64,000 bases of DNA from Schizochytrium sp. TIO01 (lineage: Eukaryota; Protista; Bigyra: Labyrinthulomycetes). Shown piece after piece: positions 29,201 to 51,175 of this stretch (the stretch's first letter is position 1; each line of letters starts with the position of its first letter). Where the stretch lies: positions 8,166,761 to 8,230,760 of the forward strand of contig SMSO01000031.1 of assembly GCA_004764695.1 (NCBI GenBank). The letters are read 5' to 3'. The position numbers were made by a program, and so were the translations under genes. The notes under the pieces are model-generated. The model had not been told where the DNA came from, did not search any database, and worked only from the letters and a program-made list of their open reading frames with translations.

Positions 29201-30040
29201 CCCTCTACGTCTATGACTTCCTCCCTACTCACGGTGACCTCCATATGTAATGATTATCTGAATAACCTGTAGGTACTCTGGAATCGCAGAAAATTTGTCT
29301 CGCAGAAAACGCTTCGCTGCCGCAGAGAAAGAAATTATGTCTTGAATGGGTGAGAAGTAGGTACCTACGTAGATAGGGAGGTAGATACCTGTAGTTCAAG
29401 GCGTTCAAGCTCGAATTGCGTGACATTCAAGTTGGCAACGAACAATGGTTGATCAGCGCTTAGCCTTAGAAACTTTGATACCACGCTTTGGGAGAAGAGC
29501 GCTTTTGTGAATGTCCTAAAAAATGCTACTTTACAGAAATGCAACGAAAAGAATAATTACGGCATCAATGCAATGTGAATCAAATTGAAGATTACCGAGT
29601 CTGCACTAGAAATTGTACTGCCACTTCAGCTCCAAGTTGCTTATAAGAGTTGAGTGGAACAGAATCGATCGATGATGGAATGCATGGAAAAATCAAGGTA
29701 CCTACCCTGCTAAAGTAATACTTCTTCTGCATTCTACTACCTATTACTTCGAGTTCCGATCAGTGAACAGCGGAGTCGGAGATGGTGAGGTAGCAGGTAC
29801 CCAGGCAGTGTTGTGGCAAATGATAATAGCGGGTAAGGTGCGGTACTTGTACTGCACAGGCAGTTAAGCCTGCTGCCTCAAAAACTTTTCGTTGTCTTCG
29901 TTCGTTCGTTCGTTCGTTCGTTCAGGTTGTCTTCAGAAACTAGCGATCGAAGGCAAGACTTGGAGTTCTTCAGGCCCTCTTCCTTCCCCCTTTGAAAGAC
30001 GTTGTGATGATATTATAGTTATTATAGAACAAGTGTCTTT

Positions 30041-30048
30041 TATTTATT

Positions 30049-30080
<32 letters not shown>

Positions 30081-30104
30081 AAATAAATAAATAAATAAAT
30101 AAAT
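30041..30104. repeat. Compound AT microsatellite forming an inverted repeat: (TATT)n-(ATT)n-(AAAT)n
   Basis: tatttatttatttatttatt + attattattattattattat + aaataaataaataaataaataaat. The outer arms are reverse complements. Confidence 0.85.
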
Positions 30105-32877
30105 AGAAATGTGAGCCGAGTTGGATTGGAAAGTAAAAGGCCTACAAGAAAGAAGAAAGAACAGTGAAATGGGAAAAAAAGGAACTCGGCACCAGGCGGA
30201 AACTCAACGATCGGCAGCTTTTGTCACCATCATCAGAGTTGCGCGCTATATGTCGGAGGCATGAAAAGGATAAACTCTAGCGCTAGCGATTTGGACCATT
30301 ATGACCTGGAGATATCTGGTTCTTGAGCCTCTGAATGTATGAAGAGCTTGAAACGAAAAAGATGTTATGGACGCGGAGTATTTATTCTAAAAAACACTCT
30401 TCTCTTTGAGTAGTAGTAGTTTCGATCTTTTTTCATTCTTTACAAAGAGAAAGCGAAGAAAATAATTGAATTGTGAAAGTCCGTCCACCAAAGGTTTGAT
30501 AAAGCCGCCGAAGAACGCTGAGAACTGTTGCGGGCGGTACCTACTCGTAGACTTCGAGTTGCTTGATTTAGGTTGAGGGAGGGAACGAGTGAGTAAATGA
30601 GGGAGGGAGTAAATGAATGAGTGAGGGAGTGAGGGAGTGCGTGCATACGTTAGGGAAAGAGCCCATGATACGAGTCGTTGTTCTGTTATATACAGATATT
30701 CTCTTAAAGAAATGACTTATTTATTTTATTTTTAACGCTACCCACCCTGAGTATTATTCTGTTATACAAAAAATGAAAAAATGAAAAAGAACAATTGTCA
30801 GTCTTCTCTCGACGCCTATTTGTACCTACCTACCGACTAGTTCTCTGGGAGTTAAACCAGAAGTCTTCTCTTAGTTCGAGGTGAGGTATACCTGCTCTTC
30901 TTAGCTCGTCGATATATACTTCATGATTGTAGGAGATAAAGTAGATTTCTCTTGCTCAGAAGACTGAACAAACGAAATATTCCTTGTCAAAGAAAAGGAG
31001 TACCTACTTATTACTAATGCTAGCAAAATATTTGTACCTTGGTTTGGTTTTCGCGTTTGCTCACTCCTCCAAGTCACTCGTCCATTCATCTCTTTACCTA
31101 TCTGTAGGTTCGCTGTAATTGATGCTGATTGCTATAACGCCCTCACCATCATTTTCTCCTCCTTTCGAGCCTTTGAAGTTATAAAGTATACTAGTCATAA
31201 TTGCAATCGCTCATGTATTTTCCTGCGCTACATTCTAATATAGTTGTGCTGGCGTGAAGGAAACGTCGAGGAGAGCAATGAATATCTAATCGGCTGCTAA
31301 CGAACTTACCTTGCGACTTGGTTCCCAGAATTACAGAAACCAGAGGGCCGAAGAACGAACGAAGCCTCGAATCAGACTTTGAGTCGAAGCAATAATAACA
31401 ACTCGAGTGGGATTTGAGCATCTTGACGTTGCCAGAATGAATTTGATAATCTAGTAACAAAAGAAAACAAAAAAGAATCAATCAAAGAAGAAAACGAAAA
31501 AAAGAAGAAAAAGCAGAACAAAGCTCGCAGGCAAAACCCCAACAGCCGCAACGCAAGTCCAACTGAGTGCCACGCCGTGGTCAGCAGCAATAGCAATAGC
31601 AGCAGCAGCTAGGCCGCTAGGCAGGCACAAAGCCTGCCAAGACCATTTGGCCTCAAGCGTCGCGATATCAACAACTAGCACGTGCAGCGTCTGCAGCGCG
31701 TGCTGCACGTGCAGAGGCGCTCGAAGCGGCATCTGTTTCTCTGTCTGTAAATCTCTTTTCTGACAATCTGATTGCTTCGTTTGGCTGACAGCTAGCTTGA
31801 GTTTTCTGCTTACCTATTGGGTTCTACACACGGCATAGCGTCGGTGCGCATCACTCAAAGGCAGAACTGGAGGTGGTGAGGTTGAGGACACGACACCTAC
31901 TGCCGAGCGACGGAGCCCTGCGCGAAAGGGGGACGACGAGGTGAGCTCTATTTTTCGTACATTCATTCATTCTTTCTTTCTCGTTCTCTGTTTTTTACTT
32001 TTACTTTTTTCTTCTGTTCCATTCTGCGTTCTCTTTCATATCTTCCTTTCTCTTTATTTAGTGCTTAGTTTTCTTCCATCAACTTTTTGGGCGATTTTTT
32101 CATTTCCCTGCTTCCACGTTCACTGCGTCATTACAAAAGACCAAGTTCTTCAAATCCCCTGTTTTCAGGGCGCACTTTGCATTCGCGAGCACGTCTTAAG
32201 GTCGATCTCGTTGAAGCACTGCGGTCAAGGTCGAAAGTCCTTCTTCTCCAGGTGTTGGACGTTTTAGCGCGAATATAGGCGAGAGGCTGGAAGAAGACGC
32301 ACGCACCCATATTTCTCAGTGGAGATTCTGGCGTAACAGGTTCCTCGTAGCTTTGAAAAAGCGCACACCATCGCTAGTTCGTTGCCCTCTTCGTTCAATT
32401 CCCACTCCCTCTTTGCTTTCTTTGCGCGGGAGGATCAACTACGGTTGGCAGCAGCATTTGCAACATTCGTATCAACAATAGCATCAGTAGTCGGATCACA
32501 TCACGTCAGAGCAGAGTCTCAAAAGGCAAGAGATTCTCTGTTACCGGGCACTTGTAAATTGCGGGCTAGCTTTCAAAGGTGTGCCCACCCTGCGCGGTTA
32601 TCCTTAATCATACCAAAAATCGACTGGCAGAAGACGCACGAGGAAAGAGTCGCGGTGCGTTAAAAGCAGCGGAGGTGAGCGGAGTTCTTTCGCACACGTC
32701 AACACGCAACGTAGGAAAGGCTTTGATTAAAATTTCGAATCATAGTTTTGCACACTCCACACACCATTAGTCACTCACGGCACTCCTTCTCAAATAATAT
32801 TTTAGTGCAGCTCTAGGTGCAAAAACATCTGCCTGATTTAATTCATCTAGTAGACCTGTAACTTTGGTGAACCAAAA

Positions 32878-34731
32878 ATGGCCAAGAAAAAGCGCAGCAG
32901 CACCACCACCAATGACATCGCTGGACCCAACAGCAACGGAAATGCCGCTGGAGCGACAGGACTTCGCATTGGAGACCTCGCCAACACCGAGGCCATTTCA
33001 TGGCAAAATCCGGAGCGCGACAGTAGCTTAAGAGTCAGAGGTTTCTTTCGCATCAACACAATCATCACTCGCGGAGTTACACCAGAGAATAAGCGCAATA
33101 AGCCCAAGGAGTTTAAAATCTCCCTCATCTTGGAACGCCTGTGCTATGAGAATGCCTGTACCCGTCAAGATTACGAAGACATGCGCTCTTTCAAAGTCCT
33201 CATGCACCGCATGGCTGCGGAAAAGGCCAAACGTCGCTCCAAAACGTCGCGGAATGAGTTCCGTTTCAAATTACTCGGACAAGAAGAGATTTCACCGCCA
33301 CAGACTATGCAGCATAGTATCCAGGGCATGTCCACAGCCTACCCGCCAAACATGTTTCACCAGGCATCGGCGCGAGGACAAGCAAGTTTAAGTTCAGCAT
33401 CCTTCGCAGTGGCAAATGGAAACTCTTTTCTCTCCACAATGCATGTTGGGTCTCCGTCTTCTGGTCTCCCACAACATAGCATGTACTCAGTTGACTCAGA
33501 CAGAGCTGATTTTGTGGATGGAGATGTGCATAGACCTTCTCATCGAGCTGATGACGAGCTTTCCGGAGCTGGTTCCTTTGCAAGTTTCTGTGCAAAACAA
33601 GAGGATTATCCAAATGAAGACCTTACAAGCTTTGGTGGCATACATACAAATTCCAAACCACCAACACCTATTCTCCCGCAGCGTGAGCAAAGCGTGGGAA
33701 GCGAAAGTAGTGATCATGGTACAGCACGTAAACATCCACGCATTGAGTCTTCTTACTCTGGCGGGTACGGTGATGACATCTCTGGACAACACCAGTATCG
33801 CTCGAGTAAAACTCCTATCCATTCTTCTTCTTCTCTCCTTCCTCGACGTGCTGGATTGCGGAGTGCAGCACCTTTTCCTCCAATGGAGAGCGAATCTTCA
33901 TTCAACATGCACTTTGGGTCTGGGCAGGCTCACATTATGCCCTCTGCACCCTCATCTCACTCTATGCTCTCACCGACTTCGCCTGTTCCAACGTCTTTCA
34001 ATGGTATCTCAGTAGAGTTTTCGCCAATGAATGAGGAGCCCGACCAGAATCAAGCAAACCGTTCTGGATTTGTTCGTCACATTAATGCTAACATGTCTCG
34101 TTCTACCAGCTTAAGTAGCAACTCACACAGCAGCAGTGGTCATGTGTCGTCGGTTGATAACTACAAGTTTGACAAGCAGAAGCAACTACAACAGCAAAAC
34201 TCACAACTGCACCAGTTCTCTATGCAACATCTCGCACAACCCAGTCTTCTGACCTCTACAAATATGGCTATCACCACAAATAGCCTTCATGAGGACTATG
34301 TGTCTCGTCACAACAACAACAACCTTAACAGTGGGGGCTCGACAATCCGAAATTCCAACAGTAAGCACCGTTCGCATAGTGATAGTAATCTGCCAGCTTT
34401 CAATCCTAACCAAAATTCTTCAGGAAATGCTTCTATTGACGAAATGCCTTCATCGCAGGCCTTCTTTGAAACTATTGGTGAGCATTCAATTGACGCTTCT
34501 AACGGAGTAGAATCTTCATGTTTCTCTCGGTACAACAGTATAAAAGATGGGGACAGGTATTTGCGCCAGCGAACGCCTCGGCGACGACAAAGCGTTGCTG
34601 GCACGCGCTTTTTCAACGACAATGAAGGCATCGACCGCACAGATACAAGCCCTCATCCTACTGTTTCTGTGGCTAAAGTGTCTTGGGCTCAACAGCAACA
34701 GCAACAACGGTGCTTTGCCACTTCTGAATAA
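32878..34731 (+). CDS. 617-aa protein with an N-terminal KIX-like (Med15/CBP-type) domain and a long Ser/Asn/Gln-rich disordered region, putative transcriptional regulator
   Basis: Single long ORF with a basic start (MAKKKRS). WQNPERD...ISLILERLCYENACTRQDYEDMRSFKVLM fits the W...LE..LY..A.S...Y.D pattern of KIX_2-like domains. The remainder is low complexity. Confidence 0.75.
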   Translation: MAKKKRSSTTTNDIAGPNSNGNAAGATGLRIGDLANTEAISWQNPERDSSLRVRGFFRINTIITRGVTPENKRNKPKEFKISLILERLCYENACTRQDYEDMRSFKVLMHRMAAEKAKRRSKTSRNEFRFKLLGQEEISPPQTMQHSIQGMSTAYPPNMFHQASARGQASLSSASFAVANGNSFLSTMHVGSPSSGLPQHSMYSVDSDRADFVDGDVHRPSHRADDELSGAGSFASFCAKQEDYPNEDLTSFGGIHTNSKPPTPILPQREQSVGSESSDHGTARKHPRIESSYSGGYGDDISGQHQYRSSKTPIHSSSSLLPRRAGLRSAAPFPPMESESSFNMHFGSGQAHIMPSAPSSHSMLSPTSPVPTSFNGISVEFSPMNEEPDQNQANRSGFVRHINANMSRSTSLSSNSHSSSGHVSSVDNYKFDKQKQLQQQNSQLHQFSMQHLAQPSLLTSTNMAITTNSLHEDYVSRHNNNNLNSGGSTIRNSNSKHRSHSDSNLPAFNPNQNSSGNASIDEMPSSQAFFETIGEHSIDASNGVESSCFSRYNSIKDGDRYLRQRTPRRRQSVAGTRFFNDNEGIDRTDTSPHPTVSVAKVSWAQQQQQQRCFATSE

Positions 34732-37290
34732 GTATATCTACCATTCAAAGCCTCTCACACCTTCCGTAGCCTATAACTTATGCGTGCTACGGACAGAGAA
34801 ATACGCTTTCGTCAGTATCGATGTTCCATACACTCCTGTGGATTTTATTTTTTTGAAGATGACGATGTATCCTCCACATGGTGAACCTTTTCTGTACGAT
34901 TTCATTAGGTTTGTTGGCTACTACATAATGCGTTCTGGTTTATTCTAAGCTCTAGGACGTGCCAAACACTACCCTTTAGGAGCGACTGATACATAATACT
35001 GTCTGCTCTACATTTGTTCTCCGCAAGATGGTCTTTATTATTTCGAAGCCCCTGCTCATAGGCGACCATACAGCAGAAGTAGTAAAGCGCTGGACAAGGC
35101 CGACAATGTCTTCTTCTTCTCTAAACCCTCTCTTACATCTCTAAATAGCACCACCTTCCACCAGTACCCCGCACATGCGGTTATCTGGCTTACAAGGGCT
35201 CGTTTAGCGCTGATCGTGAACCCGGGTCACCATTGAACTTTTTAGGCCGACGCAAGTTTCTACGACTACCAAGGGCGGCAGTCTGGAACTGGTGTTAGAA
35301 AAGTTTCAGAGGACTGTTCATATTTTCAATCTCTCATGGCTCGTGCTATTTCTCCTTTCTCGTCTCCTCTCTTCATCTCGAGGTTTTCATCATTTTTTAT
35401 TCTTGCATCATGTTTTCTTGCGAGACGAAGGGACATATCATTTGAACATTATTATGAATACAATTGTTGATCAGTTTTCTTTCTTTCACCTCCTCTTACA
35501 CCTCTAGAATTTTCAACAAAGCTACTTTGTTTCTTCGAATATCTGAGCCTTCCTTAGCGAACAACAGCTTTTGAAGAAGCGCTCACTTTAAAAAAGGATA
35601 TTGCGAGCCAATTTATTAGGCTTTGGGGCATTTTCACGTACGTCTTCACGCAGGTTTTCCAGGGAAAGTTTTCCAAAGCCTCTTTCATGAAACTCTTGGA
35701 GCTTCGAGCCTTAACATTATTCGCAGCACGAGGCAGTACCTAGTCTTCTTGCATTCAGCAAAAAGTCTACACGAGCCTTAGAAGCTAACTTTACCATTCC
35801 TTAAACCAAATTTCTGCCTCGTGTAGCAAACTGAGCCTTTTCGCAACGACGAGCTTGTTCCTCACAATGAACAAAAGGATTTTGAAATAATCACGTCATT
35901 TGTCTGGTTGTCATAAGCAGGGAGATATTCTAATAGAGAAGCAAAACTCAAAATTGCCTAGCGGTTCCACGAGAGCGTGGAACTTCCATCTCACCGCGCC
36001 GCGGTGTTTGCTGCCTGTTTCGCAGGCAAGTATGAATTGTCAACCAGCGCTCACAAGCCCGTGCGGTTGCGCAATCCACTGCGAGATGCAGCACAGGGTC
36101 GGCAAGTTGCGGCTTTGCGGGCCTACGTGGCAACGAGCTCATAGACGTATCTGTGAGCTTAGACAGCAGCTTCATTGCGTACTGCGGAAAAGGCAAGTGC
36201 GGTTTTGTGTGGGATGTAGGTAGAACATAAACTCTTTGGTCACTCGCAAGAGCTCACAGCGACCAGCTTTCCGCCGAGGAATAAATAACCTTGCGACGAC
36301 GGGCGCAAAGAACGGTTGACCTTGCATGGAGTCAGAGACTTCATTACAGTCGGGCACATGACTGCGATAGAGATCCTGGCTACTGCTGCAAGTTGATAAC
36401 TTACGACATTCGATGTGCGAAACACAGAGGTGTCGACGGATGACTTTGGAGGTCACCGTTCATGAGGACTTGCAATCTCTGTGGATAAATCATGCGTAAA
36501 TAGTAAGGGCCATTGGAAGATATGCATGATCGATAGGGCCTCGGATCTGACAATGAGGTATTTTCAAGGACACAGAGATAAGAGCAACCGAATGATAGAA
36601 TAGTTTCCTTCGGAAAGAGCTTCGCAGACCTTATTTGCTCAGAGCCTGATAACGGTGAGTTTTGACATTGGGGAAATGGCAACCGGCAGAGAAGCTTTGC
36701 GAGTCTAGCCGCATCTTGGGCCTTTCTAGAGCTTTGTCGTATTTATCACCTGCACATGCAAGTATATATTCAGTGGAGGTGATGATGAGCAACTTCTTGT
36801 TCACAGGATTGCCGAAGAGTGAACATGGGTCGTCTAAATTCTATTTAACGGAGAATTGTGACGTATTTCGAAGTATTTATAATATGGTGTTTTGCTTGTC
36901 TGGTTGCTTAGATTTTAACCAATCAACCCCAGGTGTGATTTGCTTCACCTTCAAGGCTTCAAACGCTGCTGTGCTGGATGAGATGTATTCACATAGCCTT
37001 CACAGTGTTAAAAAATTACCTGTCTAAAATACCTGCCTTCTGTATGATGACAGTTTTATGAGTTTGAAGTCTTTTTCGTTGCTCACAGATTAGGTATTGG
37101 TCTAATTTGTGCTGCAGAAATGTGACATATGTCTTCAAAAGAAGTCAAAAAGTCATCGACGGAAGTTCGCTCACACTGGGGGTGAGCTTGTTTATGGGTT
37201 CTCAAGCAACCCAGACATCTACAATAGAAACTGTCAAAAACCATTCTCTGCCTCTGACCCAAGGATAATAATGCGATACAATTTATAAAA

Positions 37291-47524
<10,234 letters not shown>

Positions 47525-49188
47525 CTCTAAGAATCTATCTGCTTCCGCAAGCCCGAGCTTTCCAGGTAAGGGTTTTCGATTTTTATTGAAGCACGCGTAT
47601 CTCTTATGTGTGCGTCCGCTAGGCCTGGTGATGCAGCTCTACTCTCTCGAAGCTTGAGGTTTTGCTGCGCGGTTTTCTACGTGTGTTGATGCAGAAGTTT
47701 TGCGAGTGCGTGCACATGTGCTGATTCATTACAGTTTATGATAAGAGTACTTAGTGCTCCCGATTTTTAAAAGGTGATATCACTAGATGAGTAGTAGAGA
47801 AACTATATATTGAAAGGTCAGTGGCATCCACTTCAGAGTTATTATGCTTACTTACTTCTCTGAGATCGACATTTTGTATTCGAAAGAGATTGAAGAGCCT
47901 TCCTTTAAGCATGCTGGATTCGTAAATGTTCTGCATATTTAACTTCAAGTTATAGTAAAGTGTACGATCTTTTGAAGAAATATAACACATCATGATAAGG
48001 AAAACGCAATGTAGATTATGAGCGGTAAAGAAGCTTTGAAGCGCGCCAATGACTGAAATCCCTCAATTCTGTGCAGAATGGAAGGAGACACGCACACGCG
48101 GTGAGGTTTGTTGCGCCTGGTGATTGGAGAGAGGTGACGTGACGGTGCTTATTGACTTCACTATCGTAGGCATGACAGGGACTTTCATGCCGCGCTCCTT
48201 TGAAGAGACTTTGACAAGCCAGCTATCATAAGGGTGTGTGTATCGCTAGTTTGTTTTAGATGCTGATAGTTAACAAAGAAGTTGTTCGAGCCATTATCAT
48301 TATGAGTGAATAACTCGAAGTTAAACAGAGCGTAGCTGCGATGATCATTGCAGCACTGATGCGGTGTCACGCTGGTACGATGGATTTGACAGGAATGCAG
48401 TACAGTTTCTTCCGCGCTGACCAGATTAATGATCCATTTTACTAAAAAGGGTTTCGCTTAGATGTTTAGAGTTGTGCCTCTAGAGCATCTTTAATTTCCT
48501 TCTAATTTGTTGTGCCTACGAGAAGCGATAGTTCTGAGGTAGTCAATGCTGATGAAACGAACCTCCATTGGTATGGGGGTGGGTGCCATTAATAATACAC
48601 AGCAGAGGAGCATACATCATATTGATTCGAAGCCATGTACAAGTGGTACCTGCATTCGTTCTCATCGAAGTTAGGTCACGAGCAACAGGGACGGATCTTG
48701 GACAAGTTCTTGAAGAAACCCTTCTTTAAAGAAGGAGACACAGTTGCAAACTCCATGTTGGCGCAGAGGATACTCGAACAAGTGGAATGCTAGAACATGT
48801 CAGGAAGGAAAGATGCAACCAGCAGAAAGGATGTGAACACTGTCGCTGATCAAAAGCTTTGTCAAAGAATGCTATAATTTGGGCATGAACTTCATGTCAT
48901 CGCAATCTCCAACTGGGGCGACCTGGGAGCATTCTGTGTAATCCTTGGATATCTTCAAATGACAACAGTTTGTTCTGCTTATAAAAGGCCTGAGCTACGA
49001 ATAGTGCAGGAGGATCTTCAGCAGCACTGTCGTTGGTGCAGACGAGAGCCAAGGGAATGTATGTGCAAGAATTGAGAAGCAGAGTTAGAGTAATGTACAC
49101 ATGCAGTTTTGATTTAGGTAAAGGTGTTTAGTCAAGTCAATACGACGCAAGAGGTAGAGGCACACGATGATGGAGTGCTTCTGTGAAT

Positions 49189-49572
49189 TTAAGCAGGTGC
49201 GGCCTTCTTCTTGCTGGGCATGAGCACGGCGTGGATGTTGGGGAGAACACCACCAGAGGCGATGGTGACGTTGCCGAGGAGCTTGTTGAGCTCCTCGTCG
49301 TTGCGGACGGCGAGCTGGATGTGGCGTGGGATGATACGTGCCTTCTTGTTGTCGCGAGCGGCGTTGCCGGCAAGCTCAAGGATCTCTGCGGCGAGGTACT
49401 CGAGCACAGCGGCCATGTACACGGGGGCACCGCCACCGACACGGTTAGCGTAGCCGCCCTTCTTGAGGTAACGAGCGATACGACCAACGGGGAACTGGAG
49501 GCCAGCCTTGGCAGACCGCGTCGTGGACTTGCCCGACTTCTTGCCGCGTCCTCCCTTGCCCTTGCCCGACAT
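49189..49572 (-). CDS. H2A: Histone H2A (canonical type, 127 aa)
   Basis: [10 protein letters not shown]...[21 protein letters not shown]...[23 protein letters not shown]...[13 protein letters not shown]. True ATG at 49572. No C-terminal SQ motif. Confidence 0.98.
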   Translation of the reverse strand: MSGKGKGGRGKKSGKSTTRSAKAGLQFPVGRIARYLKKGGYANRVGGGAPVYMAAVLEYLAAEILELAGNAARDNKKARIIPRHIQLAVRNDEELNKLLGNVTIASGGVLPNIHAVLMPSKKKAAPA

Positions 49573-50812
49573 TCTTCTTCTTGCTTGGGGTTTCTTCAGG
49601 TAAATCTCTTCTGTTGTCTCTTGGACTCTTTGGTTTCGGATTTGCTGAGGCTTCGATCTCCAAAACTTTCTTCTTCTCCAAGATCGCCTCAATTCCTCTT
49701 TCTTTCTTGGCGCCTAGCACTTACTTAGACGCCGCTACCCACGAAGCGCCACAGGGAAAATTATCAGGAGGCGGTGGCTACTGACCCGCTACTGGTTACT
49801 ATAGGAGTACTCAAGTATGAAGAAGGTGCTTTATTCTTATTATTTTATTTAAAAATAAATAAATAAAAGAATAAATTAAAATTCATTGCCTCTCCTTTTT
49901 CCTTTTCTTTTTTTCCTTCGCACTGTTGGAAACGATGGATTCGCAGACTTTCCGTTGTTTTCGTCGCGTTGACCTTCGAGCAGAGAGGCGGATACTTAGA
50001 GGCTGCGATAGCTGTGATGAAAGGGACTGGAAAAGAGAGGCATTGTCGCAGCCTCAGGCCTTCGATAACCGCGGAGAGTCGGGAAACTCCTCATCGAAGA
50101 GGAAAACAGCCCTGGCCTCGCCTTCCTCCCTTACGTCCCCTCTGCGGCAGAAAGGCTAACCGACGGCTAACCGTCGCTAGGCGATGGCAAGGGTGCTGCT
50201 TTTTCCCGCCCGACTGACGGAGTCCTCGTGTCCCTCCACTTTCTTTTAAAATCCTCTTTTGAAAGGCTTTTCTCTTTTTGTCCTTTACCGCTCCTTTAGT
50301 ATAATTAACAGTGCCGCACAGGACGTCTGTCGAACGCACAGTCGCGCGCTGGACAAAACCGGTCTGCGCAGGGTTTTGTTTGGACCCCCTTAGTGCGCGT
50401 GTACCGGAACAGGTGTACGTTGGAACTAATAGGGCGTAAGCACGGAGGCGGTTAAAGGCGGTTAATATGGGCGCGGGTGGCGCGGTAAAACAAGAAAAAC
50501 AAAACCCGACGCGCGCCGGTCATGAGCGCTGCGAGAGTGGCGAATAGGACGTAAGCAGAGACAGGCTTTGAGAGCGAGGGAAAAAAAGAGCGAAGAGTAG
50601 GTACTGATAATAGTGTAGAAAGTAGGGCATATGGATATGGACTTGAGGAGTGAGTATATGGAATAATATAGGGAAAGGGAGAGAGTAATATGGGCGACTG
50701 AATTGAGGGCCGAAGAGCTTTGAAAGCAAACCAAGAACTTGAAGCAAAACCAAAACTTAATCTTCAGCAGCAGCTTTAGCAGCAAGTCTTTGAGACAAAA
50801 GTAGATAACAAG
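49573..50812. promoter_or_regulatory. Putative bidirectional promoter region between divergent H2A and H2B
   Basis: 1.24 kb spacer between head-to-head start codons, with an AT-rich tract at ~49830-49920. Inferred from arrangement only. Confidence 0.55.
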
Positions 50813-51175
50813 ATGGCTGGCGGATCTAAGGGTGTTTCCAAGAAGGCGGCCAAGAAGGCCACGAAGACTTCGGGCGACAAGTCCAAGAAGTCGAAGAAGC
50901 GCACGGAAACGTACTCCTCCTACATCTACAAGGTGCTCAAGCAGGTGCACCCTGATACCGGTATCTCCAAGAAGTCCATGAGCATCATGAACTCCTTCAT
51001 CAACGACGTCTTCGAGCGCCTCGCCACCGAGGCTGGCAAGCTCGGCAAGTACAACGACAAGGCCACTCTTTCCTCCCGCGAGGTCCAGACTGCCGTGCGC
51101 CTTGTCCTCCCCGGTGAGCTTGCCAAGCACGCCGTGTCTGAGGGCACCAAGGCCGTGACCAAGTTCACCAGCTAA
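50813..51175 (+). CDS. H2B: Histone H2B (120 aa)
   Basis: [43 protein letters not shown]...[32 protein letters not shown]. Confidence 0.98.
   Translation: MAGGSKGVSKKAAKKATKTSGDKSKKSKKRTETYSSYIYKVLKQVHPDTGISKKSMSIMNSFINDVFERLATEAGKLGKYNDKATLSSREVQTAVRLVLPGELAKHAVSEGTKAVTKFTS

Noticed and set aside
35500-37030. Possible pseudogene or transposon relic
   Set aside because: Short ORFs in several frames with no recognisable motif, terminal repeats or consistent splice model.
49573-49692. 40-aa N-terminal extension of H2A in the ORF track
   Set aside because: It starts at a non-ATG codon in purine-rich leader sequence. The canonical MSGKGK begins at 49572.
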